DNA from: Haliotis rubra
Taxonomy: Eukaryota
Direction: 5' to 3'
NCBI RefSeq assembly: GCF_003918875.1
Contig: NW_025766769.1
Coordinates: forward strand, 620,001 to 684,000
DNA length: 64,000 bases
Below the pieces are notes generated by a model. It was not told where the DNA came from, ran no database searches, and was given only the letters and a program-made list of their open reading frames with translations. How positions within the stretch are numbered: position 1 is the stretch's first letter; every line of letters begins with the position of its first letter. Shown here piece after piece: positions 46,371-57,852 of the stretch. The position numbers and the translations under genes were made by a program.

Positions 46371-46879
46371 CACCATAGTAATACGACATTATGTAAAATA
46401 GGCATGTATTAAGTACCAATGAGTATTAATCGTACTTAGAAAAGGAAATACAAAGCAGTAGAAAAGCTTTTGTGAAGTGCAATTAATGTTTGATCTCTTT
46501 GAAAACAGGGATTATATCTTGAGCAGTGTGAGCAGTGAGGTAAGTATTAAGTTAGGTAGGCCAAGGTCCTGCCTGTACGACTTGTGGTGGGCAGCGTTCC
46601 TTGTGGGCAGCGTTCCTGGATTCATTACTAGAAGAACATGGATGGTTCACAACAAGTGTACACCAGTGATGCAGAGTTCTTGTACATTGTGAGAGCCTTT
46701 GTGGGGTCTCGACCTATGGCCTCACACGATACACTTCTAGACCCCTGTGATATGTCTGACGTGTTGATTGTTGTTGAAACATTCGTCACTCACTCGAAGT
46801 AAATGTTATGCTCAGGTCGCATACTCACGTCAAAGTATCCTATGTCTTGTTGATGATTCCCCCAGAGTGGCTCGTTTGA

Positions 46880-47950
46880 TGGATGCGTATATCAGACTCT
46901 CTGTACGGTGATACGTGTATCAGTCTCTCTGTACGGTGATGCGTGTATCAGTCTCTCTGTACGGTGGTGTCAGACTCTCTGTACGGCTACGTATGTATCA
47001 GACTCTCTGTACGGTGATGCGTGTATCAGACTCTCTGTACGGTGATGCGTGTATCAGACTCTCTGTACGGTGATGCGTGTATCAGTCTCTCTGTACGGTG
47101 GGGTGTGTATCAGTCTCTCTGTACGATGGTGTGTGTCTCAGTCTCTCTGTACGGTGGTGTGTGTATCAGTGTCTATGTACAGTGGTGTGTGTATCAGTCT
47201 CTCTGTACAGTGATGTGTGTATCAATCTCTCTGTACTGTGATGCGTGTATCAGTCTCTCTATACGGTGGGGTGTGTATCAGTCTCTCTGTACGGTGGTGT
47301 GTGTATCAGTGTCTATGTACAGTGGTGTGTGTATCAGTCTCTCTGTACAGTGATGTGTGTATCAATCTTTCTGTACGGTGATGCGTGTATCAGTCTCTCT
47401 ATACGGTGGGGTGTGTATCAGTCTCTCTGTACGGTGGTGTGTGTATCAGTGTCTATGTACAGCGGTGTGTGTATCAGTCTCTCTGTACGGTGGTGTGTGT
47501 ATCAATCTCTCTGTACGGTGACGTGTGTATCAGTCTCTCTATACGGTGGGGTGTGTATCAGTCTCTCTGTACGGTGGTGTGTGTATCAGTCTTTCTGTAC
47601 AGTGGTGCGTGTTTCAGACTCTCTGTACAGTGATACGTGTATCAGACTCTCTGTACGGTGGTGTGTGTATCTGTCTCTCTGTACGGTGATGCGTGTATCA
47701 CTCTCTCTGTACGGTGGTGTGTGTATCAGTCTGTCTGTACAGTGGTGCGTGTATCTTTCTCTCTGTACGGTGATGCGTGTATCAGTCTCTCTGTACGGTG
47801 GTGCGTTTATCAGTCTCTCTGTATGGTGGTGTGTTTATCAGTCTCTCTGTACGGTGATGTGTGTATCAGCCTCTCTGTACGGTGATGCGTGTATCAGTCT
47901 CTCTGTACGGTGATGTTTGTATCAGTCTCTCTGTACAGTGATGCGTGTAT
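46880..47950. repeat. 28-bp minisatellite
   Basis: TGTATCAGTCTCTCTGTACGGTGATGCG and variants. Confidence 0.95.
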
Positions 47951-48334
47951 GAATCCTAAGTCAACTGACATATTGTGCTTCTAAGCGCTACATACAAATA
48001 TTTTAATGTTACCAATTACCAAGTAAAATCACACACTCACAGTCAAGTCACTGTGCCTACACATTCGACCCTCTAACACCTCTCACTCACACACAACTAG
48101 TCAAGGCGTGTGGCGGCTTCAACAGACGCTAATGGTAAAAGATAAAGGCAGAGTATGAGTTTCAATAAATAATTAATAACACGAGAGCTCTGGTCCTACA
48201 TATATGGTATTAGGCATGCATCATGGGAAATGTTCCGGAACAATGAAAGTCTATGGAAGACCTTACTTTGTTCAGAATTAATGTCTTTTGCAGGCAATGA
48301 ATACTTGGAATTGTAGATGTAGGTTGTAGGCAAA

Positions 48335-48940
48335 ATCTCCTGTAACGTATAGACGTCTAGTGTGGGCAGCATCACCTGTAACGTATAGACATGGGGTGTA
48401 GGCAATATTACCTGTAACGTATAGACATGGGTTGTAGGCAGCATCACCTGTAACGTATAGACATGGGTTGTAGGCAGCATCACCTGTAACGTATAGACAT
48501 GGGTTGTAGGCAGCATCACCTGTAATGTATAGACATGGGGTGTAGGCATCATCGCCTGTAACGTATAGACATGGGTTGTAGGCAGCATCACCTGTACCGT
48601 ATAGACATGGGTTGTAGGCATCATCACCTGTAACGTATAGACATGGGTTGTAGACAATATCACCTGTAACGTATAGGCGTGGGTTGTAGGCAATATCACC
48701 TGTAACATATAGACATGGGTTGTAGGCGATATCACCTGTAACGTATAGGCGTGGGTTGTTGGCAATATCACCTGTAATGTACATGTATAGACATTGGTTG
48801 TAGGCAATATCACCTGTAACATATAGACATGGGTTGTAGGCGATATCACCTGTAACGTATAGGCGTGGGTTGTAGGCAGTATCACCTGTAACATATAGAC
48901 GTGGGTTGTAGGCAATATCACCTGTAACGTATAGGCGTAG
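48335..48940. repeat. 36-bp minisatellite
   Basis: CACCTGTAACGTATAGACATGGGTTGTAGGCAGCAT, about 16 units. Confidence 0.95.
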
Positions 48941-49064
48941 AGTGTACTCAACACCTCCCCTCATGTTAACGACTGGATAATAGATGAACCTGTTTTTCTA
49001 TCTACACATGACGTGAGCAGAACAAGTGATTTCCATGTCACTGAGTGCCTCTGTCTTACTGTAG

Positions 49065-49178
49065 ACTCGCTATACAAGGATGTCTGCAGTTCGCCTTTCA
49101 ACGACACGGAGTTAACACATCTGTCTGCCAGTCCAGGGACAAGATTAGGTGTCGGAAACATAAGTGTCTGCTGTCCAG
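49065..49178 (+). other. Candidate isolated phase 1-1 exon ending in VCCPG (Cys-containing extracellular module)
   Basis: Polypyrimidine acceptor CTCTGTCTTACTGTAG, 114-nt open frame, donor AG|GTAC; no complete gene could be built. Confidence 0.25.
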
Positions 49179-50014
49179 GTACTAAGACTTCAGTACAAGG
49201 TTGTGCTGTTCAGGTGCAAGGTAAGACTTCAATGCAAGGCTGTATTGTTGAAGTGCAAGGTAAGACTTCGATACAAGGTTGTGCAGTTCAGGTGCAAGGT
49301 AAAATTCAATACAAGTTAAGATTGATCAGTACATGGTCGCGAGTTGACCAGGAACCATTTACGGACGACAATGCAGTATATTGTTCCGGGTTAAGGTGCA
49401 ATATATGGCTGTGTATTGTACAGTTACAAGATACGATTGTTATAAACACGAGAGCCAGGAACAGGACAAAATGTTTTGTCCGAGTAGGATATAAATGAAA
49501 TTATTATTACATTAATCTAGTGACTTCAGTGATGTCTGAGGCAGTTCGCTTCGTATTGCTTGTATCATGTACTCCCGTGTGTTTTAGATTTACTGTAGAG
49601 CAGAACCACTGCCCAGTTTGGGCTCACCTGGTATGGCCACTGTTTTAAAACGGTTTATAACACATCCTCCTGAAATAGTCGCCTTCCCACCTTCAGTTAC
49701 GGTCACGAGGAAGCAATAACACGAGAAGAAAAAGCGATATTTATGTTTGTAAGGCGAAATCTGTGTTTGTATATGGCTATCTCGCTCTATCGCTTTATGG
49801 CTTTCTCGTTTTATCACATGCTGTGTTAGATGAAAGTCACGTGAGCAAAATTACTTCAGTTAGTGGCAGTTCATAATTTATGGCTAGGGGGATGATGATA
49901 ACTTTTATGGAGAAGCATGTACAATGTGAATTAGCCCCCAACCCCCACCCCCACCTCCCCAAATTTATGTACAAAGTAAGTAATTCTAAGTAAAGGCCTT
50001 GCATAAGTCCCAAA

Positions 50015-50460
50015 AATAAGGCTGGACGTGCTCGGTGGTGCCGTCCGTCTGCTGTTTGTCCAACGACATTTTCACCGTGAGTTGAAATTTGAGGCTTCCC
50101 AGATTGTTCAGTTCCTCGTTGACTTTGTCGGCGACCGGCGATTTGATGTCGTCGACGTCCATGTTTTTGTTGACGCCCAGCCTCCAGCCTCTCAGATACT
50201 AACCTACGGCGTGCTTCGTCCGCGCGAACCATAGTTCGACGGGTTTGTGTTCCTCCAGCAGTTCGACGAGCTCGGCTTTATATCATGCGCGAATAACCTC
50301 TGAGCCCACGTTCCTTTGCTTGGAGTTTGAGTTGTTTCACCGTGGGAGGTTTGTTGTCGACGATGTCGAGCAATCTCAACAGCAGAGGTTTCCTCAAACG
50401 TGAGTAACCGATCACTCCACGTGCTTTAGCAATCCTTTTCAGTTCTCGAACGGTAATCAT
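50015..50460 (-). pseudogene. Two Rho_N-like (HEH) repeats continuing into a probable N-terminus of protein-primed PolB; truncated
   Basis: TVRELKRIAKARGVIGYSRLRK and TVKQLKLQAKERGLRGYSRM; after a frameshift, KAELVELL...EELNNLGSLKFQLTVKMSLDKQ...EHVQPYF, then the similarity breaks off. Confidence 0.6.
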
Positions 50461-50524
50461 CGTTGCTATATCAATGTGTGAAATCTTTTTTCTAAATGAA
50501 AAATAATTATATTCAGATGCGAAG

Positions 50525-50865
50525 TCAAATCTCTAATAGGTTTTTCACTATAGTCAGATGCGAAGTCAAATCTCTAATAGGTTGTTTGTGGTTTTTTACA
50601 TTTTTATTCTGAGCAGTCGGTTGTGTTAGTTGAGATGGTCTCTTTTCGTCAAGTAGATGAGATGGCCTCGCACCACGTCCGCTCCGTGGGCTTTTCACGC
50701 CCAGGCCACACATTTCGCACGTGTAATTCACGAAACCCTTTCGTATGGACATCATGTGTATGCCGCAATATTTGGTGGTGCATTTCCTGCTGCAGGTTTG
50801 CGTTTTTCATTGCAGCACGTACTTGCAGTTATGCGGTGCACGTCTTCCCATCTTTATGTACATAC
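50525..50865 (-). pseudogene. Small Cys/His-rich (zinc-finger-like) viral ORF
   Basis: HNCKYVLQ*KTQTCSRKCTTKYCGIH...TCEMCG. Confidence 0.4.
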
Positions 50866-50887
50866 ACATAAATATATTTTAGTCTAA

Positions 50888-51254
50888 TTATTTGGCGATC
50901 AACATGGTCGCCGCTAGATCCAGCGCCACGAAAATCAGTTCCCGGTCTTTCTGTTCCGGGGAAGGCGTGTAAATCTGCGAGAGGGTGGGTTCGTCGCCGA
51001 GAGGTTCGAGTCGCTTTCCGGTGAGCAGGTAGTATTCTCGCATGGCGTCGTCGACGTTCTTGAACGTGAACGGTGTGGTTTTCTCGCAAGAGTTGGTCGT
51101 TTATGAACTGTATTCTCTGCACGCGTTTTTTAGCGTACTTGGCTTCCACTTCAGCCGCATTCGATGTTCGTAATTTGGAGAAGAGATAATTGCTGCCGGA
51201 AAATGCCAGGACGTTGACTAATGCACCACCGACCATCATGGCGATCGTAGCCAT
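50888..51254 (-). pseudogene. Viral small protein with hydrophobic N- and C-termini (MATIAMMVGGALVNVLAFSGSNYLFS...)
   Basis: One frameshift restores ...TFKNVDDAMREYY...PSPEQKDRELIFVALDLAATMLIAK*; recalled as typical of invertebrate Polinton-like elements (not verified). Confidence 0.6.
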
Positions 51255-51283
51255 TCTTTTTTTATATTATGTGTTTTTTAATA

Positions 51284-51501
51284 TTACTTCAAATATTTTC
51301 CAATATAATTCCTTGTTTCCTTGGTGGCCATCGCCATCCCTAAGTCCATGACGAGCATGCCCATGTCCTGCACGTTGAAATCGAGTTGATCGTCGGCTGT
51401 TTGAGAACCATTTTCGTTAAGCGAGCGTAACCTATGGTTAGTCCGGAGACCACGGCAGCGTGATATGCATCGTTGACGAATGTTTTTCCTTCGGACGACA
51501 T
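51284..51501 (-). pseudogene. Viral small hydrophobic protein
   Basis: MSSEGKTFVNDAYHAAVVSGLTIGYARLTKMV (frameshift) LDFNVQDMGMLVMDLGMAMATKE. Confidence 0.5.
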
Positions 51502-51755
51502 CGTGTGTATATGAAATATATATATATATATATTTCAAACAAAAATTAAAACATAACATGCGAATTTATTTCTAATTGCGTCGTCTGCTGTTGCGGTGGT
51601 GGCTTGTTATTATATAACGATGACCACGCTTAATCCCGTTGGTATGGGGGCAACAATCCACGGAGTGTAATGGGTATTATTATTATTATTTTTGTGGTGC
51701 TTGGCTAAACCACCTTTTCTACCGGCAACGACTATGTTAGGATTCTTGGTGGTGA

Positions 51756-52064
51756 CTAGTCGTATCGGTGAAGTCGACGTTCCCGAGGAATGGGAAGGAA
51801 GTACGACGCTACGCCGGCGTAGGCCTGCGTTATGACAGACCCTATGGTTTTCGTCATTTCGGCACCGAGTCTGGCTTCGTATCTCGCGTAAAGCTTGTCA
51901 ATTTCTTCGGCTGGCATTTTGTGAATTTTATCGGTGTGGTCGCCCCCACCTAAGTATTGTTTGGCTTTGCCACTGACCGCGAGCGCCACCAGTCTCTCTC
52001 GCTTGTCGTTTTTATTATTATTATCGTCATCCAATATTTGTTTGAGCAGTTCGTCACACTCCAT
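51756..52064 (-). pseudogene. Viral hypothetical protein (MECDELL...KRERLVALAVSGKAKQYLG...KLYARYEARLG)
   Basis: Coding-like ORF within the viral gene block; probably 3'-truncated. Confidence 0.55.
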
Positions 52065-52317
52065 CTTATAATGTAACAAACGATTTTTAAGTCTAATAAA
52101 ATAAAATGCATTGTACGCGAAACACAAACGAACATCGTTAACCAAATTATTCATTCGCTTGAGTTATGCTAGAATTTTCTTGAATTCTACTAGAATTTTG
52201 CTAGAAATTTTATTTTTTTGCTTAACCTAGCAGACTTTATACGCAACTTTATACGCAACGGGTTGGTCGGTTTTCAACAGGAGTGTTTCAACAGGCGTGT
52301 TTCATTTCGGCAAGCTG

Positions 52318-52860
52318 TTACTGCACTCGTTCTCGTTCTTGTTTGGTTCGGATCACGTCGTTTTCCCCCAAGCAGTCCTTGAACGAATCCCTGTCATAGT
52401 AGTGAAACAGGGCGACCCATCGCGTCTGTTCCCGTAAATCTTTCAGCACCGAGTTGAATTTCTGCGTCTGAACCCAAATGCTCTGTTTCATGTGTTGGCC
52501 CGAGAAGGCCAGGTACGGCAGCATGTCTCGTTATTTAACCATCTCCTTGTTGTCGTTCAGGATGAACAGTGTAGATTCCCCTTTCAGCTCGTCGTGGTAA
52601 GCGCGCAACCAGTCCTGCAGACGAATTCCTGGATCGATTTTGTGCACGTCCGGGCCCATCATCACCCATGATATCTCCAAGTACGTCTTGTTCACCCTTA
52701 AAGTGGGGCAGAGAATGACGATGTGGTCGAACATGTCACAATAGTAACCTTCCAGCATGTCCAGCACGAATGCCGGCTTGCCACATCCAGTATGACCGCA
52801 CACGATGGCGCAGTGCGGATCGCGAGGTAAATCAATAAACGGCTTGCACAAATCTTCCAT
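52318..52860 (-). pseudogene. A32-like (FtsK/HerA) genome-packaging ATPase
   Basis: Walker A CGHTGCGKP, ILCPT, Walker B LFILND, then after a frameshift LAFSGQH (degenerate GRH) and WVQTQ. Confidence 0.88.
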
Positions 52861-54057
52861 TGTCTATATTGAGTTGCGCGTCCATAATCGCGTACAAATA
52901 TAAATTTAACTTGCCGGCTGGATTTTGCACCTTCTTGGAGATTTGGATGGTGACCCCCTCGCTGCTGTTGTCGATGCGGCGTCCGCTGTTGTGCAGCCTG
53001 TCATCGTCAGTGGATCGCATGTCCAGCCACATGCTTATCCAGGTACTTACCGAGCGTCACGTAGGTGAAACCCAGGTCTTTGGCGACGTCGTTGACTTCA
53101 GACGAATATTGCTTGATGGCCGGTAGTTTTTTTATCTCGTCCCACTGCTGGTGAGCTCGCATGTCTTGGCTGAACAGCTGGTTGAGCACACCTTCGACGG
53201 TCACTTCCATTTTTGTGATCTCTGGATTCAAAGTGAGTTCGCTGTTTCCATGAAACGGCTCGTATTCCGCCACGGGAATGGTCAAGATGCCTTTCATCGA
53301 TCGAGCCGGCATGTTCATGTTGATGTTCCACAGCGTGTCGCTCTTGTCCTTGATGATCGTACAGTGTCGCAACACACGGTCGTACAGGATGGACAGCTTT
53401 CCCGAGTACTATGTGTTGGCGAATCTGCCGAGACAGTTCCGTGCTCGTGACCATGTCAAACTCCAGTGAGATGTTGTTGACGACGTAGCTGGCCTCGGTG
53501 CCGTCTGGCGTGTAGATGACTTTGCCGTAGTCGTTGAACATGAGTTCGTATTTCAACTGGTCGCCCAGCGCGGACTGGTACAACGGCATGTGCCCCTCGA
53601 GAAGCTCGAAGTCGAGCGGTATGCAAAATCGATTCCCATACGCCTCGGCGACGGCTTTTTCTCCTACTGTTATATTGCCGAGATTCTCTTGCGTGAAACC
53701 GTACCATGTCATCGCGTTCGTTAGAGGTTCTCCAGAGGTCCGCATAACAGTAAAACACGTTGCTGTTGTCGATGCTCAGCACCTTGTTCCCTCTTATTTT
53801 GATGGTGGTTTTCTTGACGATGGCACGACCCAGGCTGCTCACGATTGTGCGTTTGTCGGTCTTGGACTCCAAAGCCAGTCGAGTCTTGGGACAATGACGT
53901 CGTTCGCGCCCAGGTCGGGTATTCGAACTAGCAGCGTTTGGTTTTGATCCATAGTGCTCAGATTGTTGGTGATCGTGACCAACTGACACACGGCTTTGAC
54001 ACCCAGGGTTTCTCTCGATCTTCGGAAAGGATCTAGCTTTTGTACCTATTGCAACAT
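52832..54057 (-). pseudogene. Major capsid protein (double jelly-roll, Polinton-type), disrupted
   Basis: About 400-aa beta-rich frame assembled across frameshifts: KLDPFRR...DVIVP...LGRAIVKKTTIKI...RFCIPLDFELL...NISLEFDMV...EVTVEGV...LYLYAIMDAQLNI; overlaps the ATPase start. Confidence 0.75.
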
Positions 54058-54105
54058 TGTTTATATTGAAACTATGTATTTTATAAGTTTAATATAAAAA
54101 ATAAA

Positions 54106-55280
54106 ATGGCGGACGATATTCCCATGGACGATTTCGACGTACACCAGCTGAACAACAATGATGCAGCAGCCATGGACACCTCGTTCATGGGCGACAGCCT
54201 GGGCAACGAACCTTTAAAGCAGACCATGGACGATTATTACGATGCCCTAAAGCACGATTAAAATTACGTCGAACCATTGAGTCGAAGCCGAAGTTCAAAA
54301 TCGAAAACAAAGGGACGCTGTGATTGAAATCTCTTCTGGTGGTCGATCTCATGAACAAACACACGAGAAAACCGCTCACCCTGTCTACACTAGCCAATCG
54401 CCATGGAGGCAGTCAACTGATCCGCGACGAACTAAACCTGTGAGATTACGCTGCCCCCACCCAAAGAGCTTCCGCCGGAGGTAGTCCGAGATCTGCAAAA
54501 CGTACGAAGTGAACTCACAGGTACCGGCACGGCCAATGATCCCAGAGAAGTGCCCCAGCGCGCCAAAGAAGCATCGGACGAAATGAAAAAAATATTGGTC
54601 ACATACTCGATCGAACCCTTGCCCGGTTTCGAATTTCCTCTTAGGGAAAATCGGGTCTAGAAGAAGCCCTTAAAAAACGTGCACGCAGAACTCGTGAGCA
54701 GCATGAGTAAACTGAATGAAATCGACGAGCACATCGCTCGCGAAAAAGAAAACTCAGGATCGTGGACCACAACGAAGTCACGAAAAACATCATGGAGAAA
54801 AGATTGCGCAACCTGGAAGACGAGAGACGGACCAGATTGGAAGCCGCTTCCTCCAACCAGGAAGCCCTCTGATTGCAGATCAGCCGCATGTACGAAACCA
54901 TCGACTGAGTCTTGAACAAGGACACCACATTGGCTGACAAGATCCGAATTCTGTTCCAGGAACAAGGAATCACCATCGCCAGCATTCTCACGGCTTTGGG
55001 CTTCATCATATCGACCCTGGTCGTATCGCTGACGGGCGGTGGTGGTACACCACCAAGCCCAACACCAACAGGACCACCATCAGGTGACGACGTCGGAGAC
55101 TGTATAAAAAAACATTTGAAATCTGGCTAAACTGACGGCAAAGCCACAGAAGTAATGCCTGGCATCTTGGGCAGCATCGTTTCCTGGCTCGTCACGTGGC
55201 TCGGTCAAAACCTGTGGGCTTTCGTCGTCGCCATGGTGGGTCTGGTATACGTCGCAGCTAAGGAATTTTTAACTACATGA
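54106..55280 (+). pseudogene. Viral coiled-coil protein with C-terminal transmembrane segments
   Basis: MADDIPMDDF...coiled coil...KIRILFQEQGITIASILTALGFIISTLVVSLTGGGG-Pro-rich...PGILGSIVSWLVTWLGQNLWAFVVAMVGLVY; multiple frameshifts. Confidence 0.6.
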
Positions 55281-56471
55281 GGCACAGTCCGACCGCGTTC
55301 CCGCCGACCACCAGTGTCGTTTTCCGAACGACATGCCGTTGATTGTTTGCCTGTACGTGTGGGGGCAGCTGTTGTTGTTGTTGTTGGTTCTACTTCTTCC
55401 GATGTCGGTGCCACGATGCCTGTTTCGTACTGCAGCACGACTCGACTCGCGTTATTGACTTTTTATCGCCGGTGGCGATGACGATGTCTTTGTTGTAGCC
55501 AAACACTCCGTTCACCCTCAGTTGCATGTCGCTTGGAGGCATGTACAGTCCCGCGCCGAACACTTAGTCGACTTTCGAACGGGCGTATTCCAGCACGTTT
55601 TCATAGCGTTCGATGGCACTCAGTATATCGACCGGTCTAGCAATGGCATCCTCGACATTACCCACGAACTGTTTCTGCGCATTGTAAGCTGTCCCTTCAC
55701 AACCCACGATGTTGGAACATATTTGCGTCTGAGCGCCCAGCACGGCCCACATGTACGTTCGAATCGAATCGTTCAATCTGACGACACCGGCACGAGTAAA
55801 CCCTTTCAAAGTGTCCAGCATGAACATTTTCCAATCGTCCGCGGGTCCCTGCTCAAACCTCCAAACGCGGTAATCCTTGCTGTCTTTGAAAGCCATGTAG
55901 TCATCTTTACACTCGTTCGTCTTGACGTAATGATACGACTTGTAACCCCAATCTTTCACCAGCTGTTTGCTGGCTTACACGAGAGACATGTTGTGAATGA
56001 TGGGAATGCCCAAACCGTGGTTCGGACCCTGCAAACGCCAATCGACCGTCTTCGGATCTAGTTCGAATTCACAGCAAATGCGTTCGTATGCACGTCGACA
56101 TTCCACGCCTTGTCCTGCGGAATTGGGGCGCTGATTTCTTTCAGGATACGTCTGATCTGGTAGTACACGTGAAACGAGAATACAGACCGACTCAGCTCCT
56201 CACGACGAGCGTTGTTCAACCTCACGCCGCACCCAGTGGTTGTGCACCACATGGCGAAATTGAATTGATTCTGCCAGAACTGCATCGGGTTGTTAAACCA
56301 GGCGTGTACCGTTTTCACATTCGTAACCGAAAACACATAATTTTTAAACACATCGATGAACCGAACCATGACATGTAAACCATCCTTTGCATCTACCACA
56401 ATACTCGGTTGCTTGAGATCGGTAACACTTATATCATCACTTTTAGAATAAAACACTCCCAGTTTGTACAT
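55270..56471 (-). pseudogene. Viral hypothetical protein with Thr-rich stalk and possible C-terminal anchor
   Basis: FWQNQFNFAMWCTTTGCGV, FHVYYQIRRIL, GFTRAGVVRLNDSIRTYMWAVLGAQ, then PTTTTTAAPT and a hydrophobic tail. Confidence 0.55.
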
Positions 56472-56512
56472 ATTGAATTATTATTGTTTTGTATACATAT
56501 CTACTTTTCAAT

Positions 56513-57130
56513 ATGTAGGTGACGCTTTCAGGAATCACGAGCGGCGAGTCCGTTCAACTGCTCCACGTGATCCATTACACGACCGGTCGAAGTCGCACTT
56601 TGCAACATCACCTACTACCCGCGATGGACCAACATCAACGGCAGAAACAACAGGCTGTTCGTCAATAGCAAACACAACCAAATAACGGATGGCTACTACA
56701 GCGTGTACTCGCTCAACAAAGAAATCTTCAAATCCGTAGGAGCCGAACTCAAAATGAATGACTCAAACGGCACAGTCGTGTTAACCAACAACGGAAAAAA
56801 CGACTTGAGACTCAGTCGACCGTTGGCTAAAACGCTCGGGTTGATGTCGAACGACATACCCCCGGAAACCACTGTGACCGGCATGAAATTACCCAATCTC
56901 GTTACATATCGCAAACTGTGCATTGATCTCGATCAGCTGAGCAAGACGACAACGTTCAAGGCAAATGAGCTTAGACCCTGCTGAGAGCCGTGCCGGTGAA
57001 AACACAAAAGTACAACGACGGCAGAACCGAAACATTTTTGTAGCGGCATTACAAGAAATTAATCCGAGGCAACATCACGAATCCCGTAAGTATAGGATAT
57101 CTCAGCGCGAAGCTGCACATACAACAATAA
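56513..57130 (+). pseudogene. Minor capsid (penton, single jelly-roll)-like protein
   Basis: ITDGYYSVYSLN, LSRPLAKTLGL, LCIDLDQL, LLRAVPV resemble Polinton minor-capsid motifs; about 200 aa. Confidence 0.55.
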
Positions 57131-57163
57131 CGTAGTCTCAAGGTACAGGAATAAGCATTCTAA

Positions 57164-57852
57164 AATGCACCAACATAGCGATGTCTGACCTCGGGGCATG
57201 CGCGAATTCGACGAACTCGGAGTCGACGGCAAGCTGTAAGCCTTGCAACTGATAAACAGAATTTACAAATGCGTCGAACTGCCACCCCTGTACTGCCGCT
57301 GGTGGTGGTGGCAAGAACAACGACCTAGGCGATTTCGTCGATACCGAAGGAGCGGTCAACAACACGCGGTACGACCTGATCTGCACTGACGAGGACGAAT
57401 GGACGATAGACCCAGCCTTCCACGGCCGCCTCCTGGATGACATCGAGACCACGACCGTCTCCAGAAACACACACTACACTCTCATCTTAAACGACGACAA
57501 CAAATGGGTATGAATCTCAACATCAAGCTCGACTCTCCCCACATTTTCACGGACAACAAAAATAACTACCTGATGAAAGTCGTGAACAACGGAACGCTGC
57601 TCGTGGCTTACATCCCGACGCAAATATGTAGTGTGATTGTCAGCACGTTGAGGCAAAAAAGTAGCTCACATGCTGTCGAGCAAACCCGGGATGCAAAGCG
57701 TGGGATTGCAGATGGTGTCGGAATTCGACAGCATGGTAAACGTCTTGGAAAATCGGCCCGCAAAATCCATGCTGTACATCCAAGTCTACCTCGGCGAACT
57801 GCCATCGGCGCGTGACGTCACTGAAATCGTGGAAGGGATCAAACTCCGCTGA
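57164..57852 (+). pseudogene. Disrupted viral hypothetical ORF(s)
   Basis: Coding-like fragments with the same CpG-rich composition; no recognisable motif. Confidence 0.35.
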
